Shown here: piece by piece, positions 34,084 through 36,163 of the stretch | How the letters are laid out: the number at the start of each line of letters is the position of its first letter | Numbering within the stretch: position 1 is the stretch's first letter | Origin: Bacteroidota bacterium | GTDB lineage: Bacteria; Bacteroidota; Bacteroidia; Flavobacteriales_F; PHOS-HE28 | Assembly: GCA_023430945.1 (NCBI GenBank) | Contig: JAEYYE010000391.1 | Location: forward strand, 1 to 36,163 | Length of the DNA: 36,163 nucleotides | Direction of reading: 5' to 3' | Notes under the pieces: generated by a model | What the model saw: the letters and a program-made list of their open reading frames with translations, nothing else | Databases searched by the model: none | What the model was told of the DNA's origin: nothing | Made by a program: the position numbers and the translations under genes

Positions 34084-35547
34084 TCAGAGTCCCAGTCCGT
34101 AGTATGCTTTCACCCCGTTCGGGTAGAAACCTTCGACCAGTACCCCGCCTTTTTTCCGGGAAAGAAGTGTTTCGATCTCATCCGGGGTGGAAACGGGCTG
34201 TTGATCAATGGCTGTGATGATGAAACCTTCGCGGATGCCGCTGCTTCGGAATTTGCCACCCTGCACGTTGCTCACCTTCACACCATTCTGCAGCCGAAGT
34301 GCCTTCAACTCATCGGCATTTGCGCGGGTAAGTTCGGCGCCGAGCGTTCCGAGCATCTTCGCCGGTGCTTTCACCGAAGCGGTAAGCGCTCCTTCGCGCC
34401 CGCGCAGCACCATGTCCATCACACTCTCTTCACCGTTGCGCAAGATCGTTACTGCCACCTTGTCGCCAGGGCGGAATTTGCCGACCTGTTCCTGAAGCTG
34501 GGTCACGTTGTTCACTTCGATGTTGCCCACCTTGGTGATCACATCACCTTCCTTCACACCGGCTTTCTGCGCAGCTCCGCCTTCTGTCAACCCGTTCACG
34601 TAAACGCCGCGGATCCGATCGAGGTTGGCCTCTTTCGCCAGTTGCTGATCGATATCGCGGATGCTCACACCGATGTAGGCGCGCTGCACACTGCCGTATT
34701 CCAGCAGATCGTTGGTCACTTTCCGAACGATGTTCACCGGGATCGCGAACGAATAACCGGCGTAAGACCCGGTGGTGCTGGCGATCGCTGTGTTGATCCC
34801 CACGAGCTCTCCGTTCACGTTCACCAACGCGCCGCCGCTGTTGCCGGGATTCACTGCGGCATCGGTCTGTATGAAACTTTCGATCGGGAAGATATCCTTG
34901 CTGGGATCATGCTGGAGTAGGTTGATGTTCCTGGCCTTTGCGCTCACGATCCCGGCGGTGACAGTGCTTGTAAGATTCATCGGATTGCCCACGGCCAGCA
35001 CCCATTCGCCAACACGCACCGCATCGGAATTCCCGAAAGGCATCACTGAAAGATCCTGCGCTTCGATCTTGAGAAGGGCGAGATCGGTACTGGGATCCCG
35101 ACCGATCACTTTCGCATCGAATTGCCGGCTATCGTTCAAGTGAACCTGGATCTTGTCGGCGCCATCCACCACGTGATTGTTGGTAACGATGTAGCCATCG
35201 CCGCTGATGATCACGCCAGAACCCGCGCCCTGCCGGGGTTGCGGCGTAGTGGGTGCGCGGTAGCCCCAGAAAAAGTCAGCGAACGGATCGCGCACGTTCA
35301 CCATGCTTTCCGTGGTAACGTGTACCACTGCGTTCACGGAACTTTCCGCCGCCATGGTGAGGTCGAGCACGCCGGCCGCCGAAGCATTCGTGGCAACCGG
35401 CATGTTCACGTATTGCACCGCCGGTTTGGGCCGATCCGGTTCACTACCTGTTCTCGCAGCCTGTTTTTCAACTATGAACTCATTGGCGCCCAAGGCCATA
35501 AGACCTCCGGCCAGGGCCATGGAAAGATGTCCTAACGCGCGTTTCAT
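34084..35547 (-). CDS. Periplasmic serine endoprotease, HtrA/DegP/DegQ (Do) family with two PDZ domains
   Basis: I place the start at MKRALGHLSMALAGGLMALGA (Met70 of the track ORF). The catalytic motifs are TNNHVV, DLALLKI and GNSGGALVN. The longer track ORF would overlap dapF. Confidence 0.9.
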   Translation of the reverse strand: MKRALGHLSMALAGGLMALGANEFIVEKQAARTGSEPDRPKPAVQYVNMPVATNASAAGVLDLTMAAESSVNAVVHVTTESMVNVRDPFADFFWGYRAPTTPQPRQGAGSGVIISGDGYIVTNNHVVDGADKIQVHLNDSRQFDAKVIGRDPSTDLALLKIEAQDLSVMPFGNSDAVRVGEWVLAVGNPMNLTSTVTAGIVSAKARNINLLQHDPSKDIFPIESFIQTDAAVNPGNSGGALVNVNGELVGINTAIASTTGSYAGYSFAIPVNIVRKVTNDLLEYGSVQRAYIGVSIRDIDQQLAKEANLDRIRGVYVNGLTEGGAAQKAGVKEGDVITKVGNIEVNNVTQLQEQVGKFRPGDKVAVTILRNGEESVMDMVLRGREGALTASVKAPAKMLGTLGAELTRANADELKALRLQNGVKVSNVQGGKFRSSGIREGFIITAIDQQPVSTPDEIETLLSRKKGGVLVEGFYPNGVKAYYGLGL

Positions 35548-35707
35548 GTTCTTTGTTCCTGCTTTAGGTTTCGTCTGGTTCGATCCGCTTCCACGAAACA
35601 ACGTGCCGCGTGCGTGAATGGTTGAACCTGTGCCAGTTAAATTATGTTGATCGACAATCACGATCCGTTCCAGATCGGAGAAGCGCGATCTTTGAACACG
35701 GCACATC

Positions 35708-36163
35708 ATGAAGATCGGATTTTCAAAGTGGCACGGTACCGGAAATGATTTCATCCTGATCGATGACAGGAAGTCAGTCTTTCCGATCGGGAATCAACTG
35801 ATCCAACGGATATGCGATCGGCATTTCGGGATCGGGTCCGATGGACTGATCTTGATCCAGGAGCCGAAAGAAAAGGGGATCGAATTCCACATGGAATTCA
35901 TCAATCCTGACGCAAGCCGCAGTTTTTGTGGAAATGGGAGCCGTTGTGCCTACGCTTTCTGGAGCGAGCTGATCGACGATCGTTCACCAGCGGCTTTCAC
36001 TGCGTTCGATGGCAAGCATGAAGCGGAATGGAGTGAAGGAAAGGTAGCGGTCACCCTGGCGCCAGTGGATCGGATCGAACGTGAAAGTGAAGGGCAGGAT
36101 CATGTGAATACCGGATCGCCGCATGAGCTGGTGTGGGTGGAAGATCCCGATCGGATCGATGTG
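35708..36163 (+). CDS. dapF: Diaminopimelate epimerase, 5' part (runs off the right edge)
   Basis: Not in the ORF track because it has no stop in the window. My own translation from the ATG at 35708 reads MKIGFSKWHGTGNDFILIDDR...DRHFGIGSDGLILI...MEFINPDASRSFCGNGSRC...NTGSPH, the canonical DapF motifs. Confidence 0.88.
   Translation, partial: MKIGFSKWHGTGNDFILIDDRKSVFPIGNQLIQRICDRHFGIGSDGLILIQEPKEKGIEFHMEFINPDASRSFCGNGSRCAYAFWSELIDDRSPAAFTAFDGKHEAEWSEGKVAVTLAPVDRIERESEGQDHVNTGSPHELVWVEDPDRIDV

Overview
This 36.2-kb chromosomal segment looks like Bacteroidota. Supporting signs are a parA-parB-DUF5683 block, a nusB-DUF1573-yajC-coaE block, a short primary sigma factor, a long-form GAPDH, a DUF3276 PUR-like protein and two proteins with type IX secretion (T9SS) C-terminal sorting domains. 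I call about 37 protein genes. Two run off the window edges and are absent from the ORF track: a YgiD-type dioxygenase at the left and dapF at the right. I recognise no rRNA, tRNA, CRISPR array, transposase or integrase. Most of the window is housekeeping. Seven things stand out. (1) The tetranucleotide GATC, usually as GATCG/CGATC, is about 4-6 fold over-represented across coding and non-coding DNA, resembling the cyanobacterial HIP1 palindrome. (2) A small accessory islet (2474-4686) holds composite REP-like repeats, a DUF433/DUF5615 toxin-antitoxin-like pair and a COG1373-type AAA+/PD-(D/E)xK gene. That gene is compositionally foreign and is bracketed by 35-bp hairpin-forming direct repeats. 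(3) Two tandem paralogous, Cys-rich T9SS cargo proteins (933 and 1059 aa) each carry four alternating copies of an unassigned ~95-aa module and a CUB-like ~110-aa module. They lie next to an orphan TPR histidine kinase. (4) A divergent gene pair encodes a fused phytol-kinase-like (COG0170) / DUF92 (VTE6-like) membrane protein and a homogentisate-type UbiA prenyltransferase. (5) A leucine-dehydrogenase-family gene is interrupted by one in-frame TAG. (6) An orphan ABC ATPase is translationally coupled to a TPR protein and a DUF218 protein. (7) The left-edge YgiD-family dioxygenase has a possible twin-arginine export leader. Many long antisense ORFs in the track are judged spurious. All functional calls rest on motif recognition by eye, with no database search.
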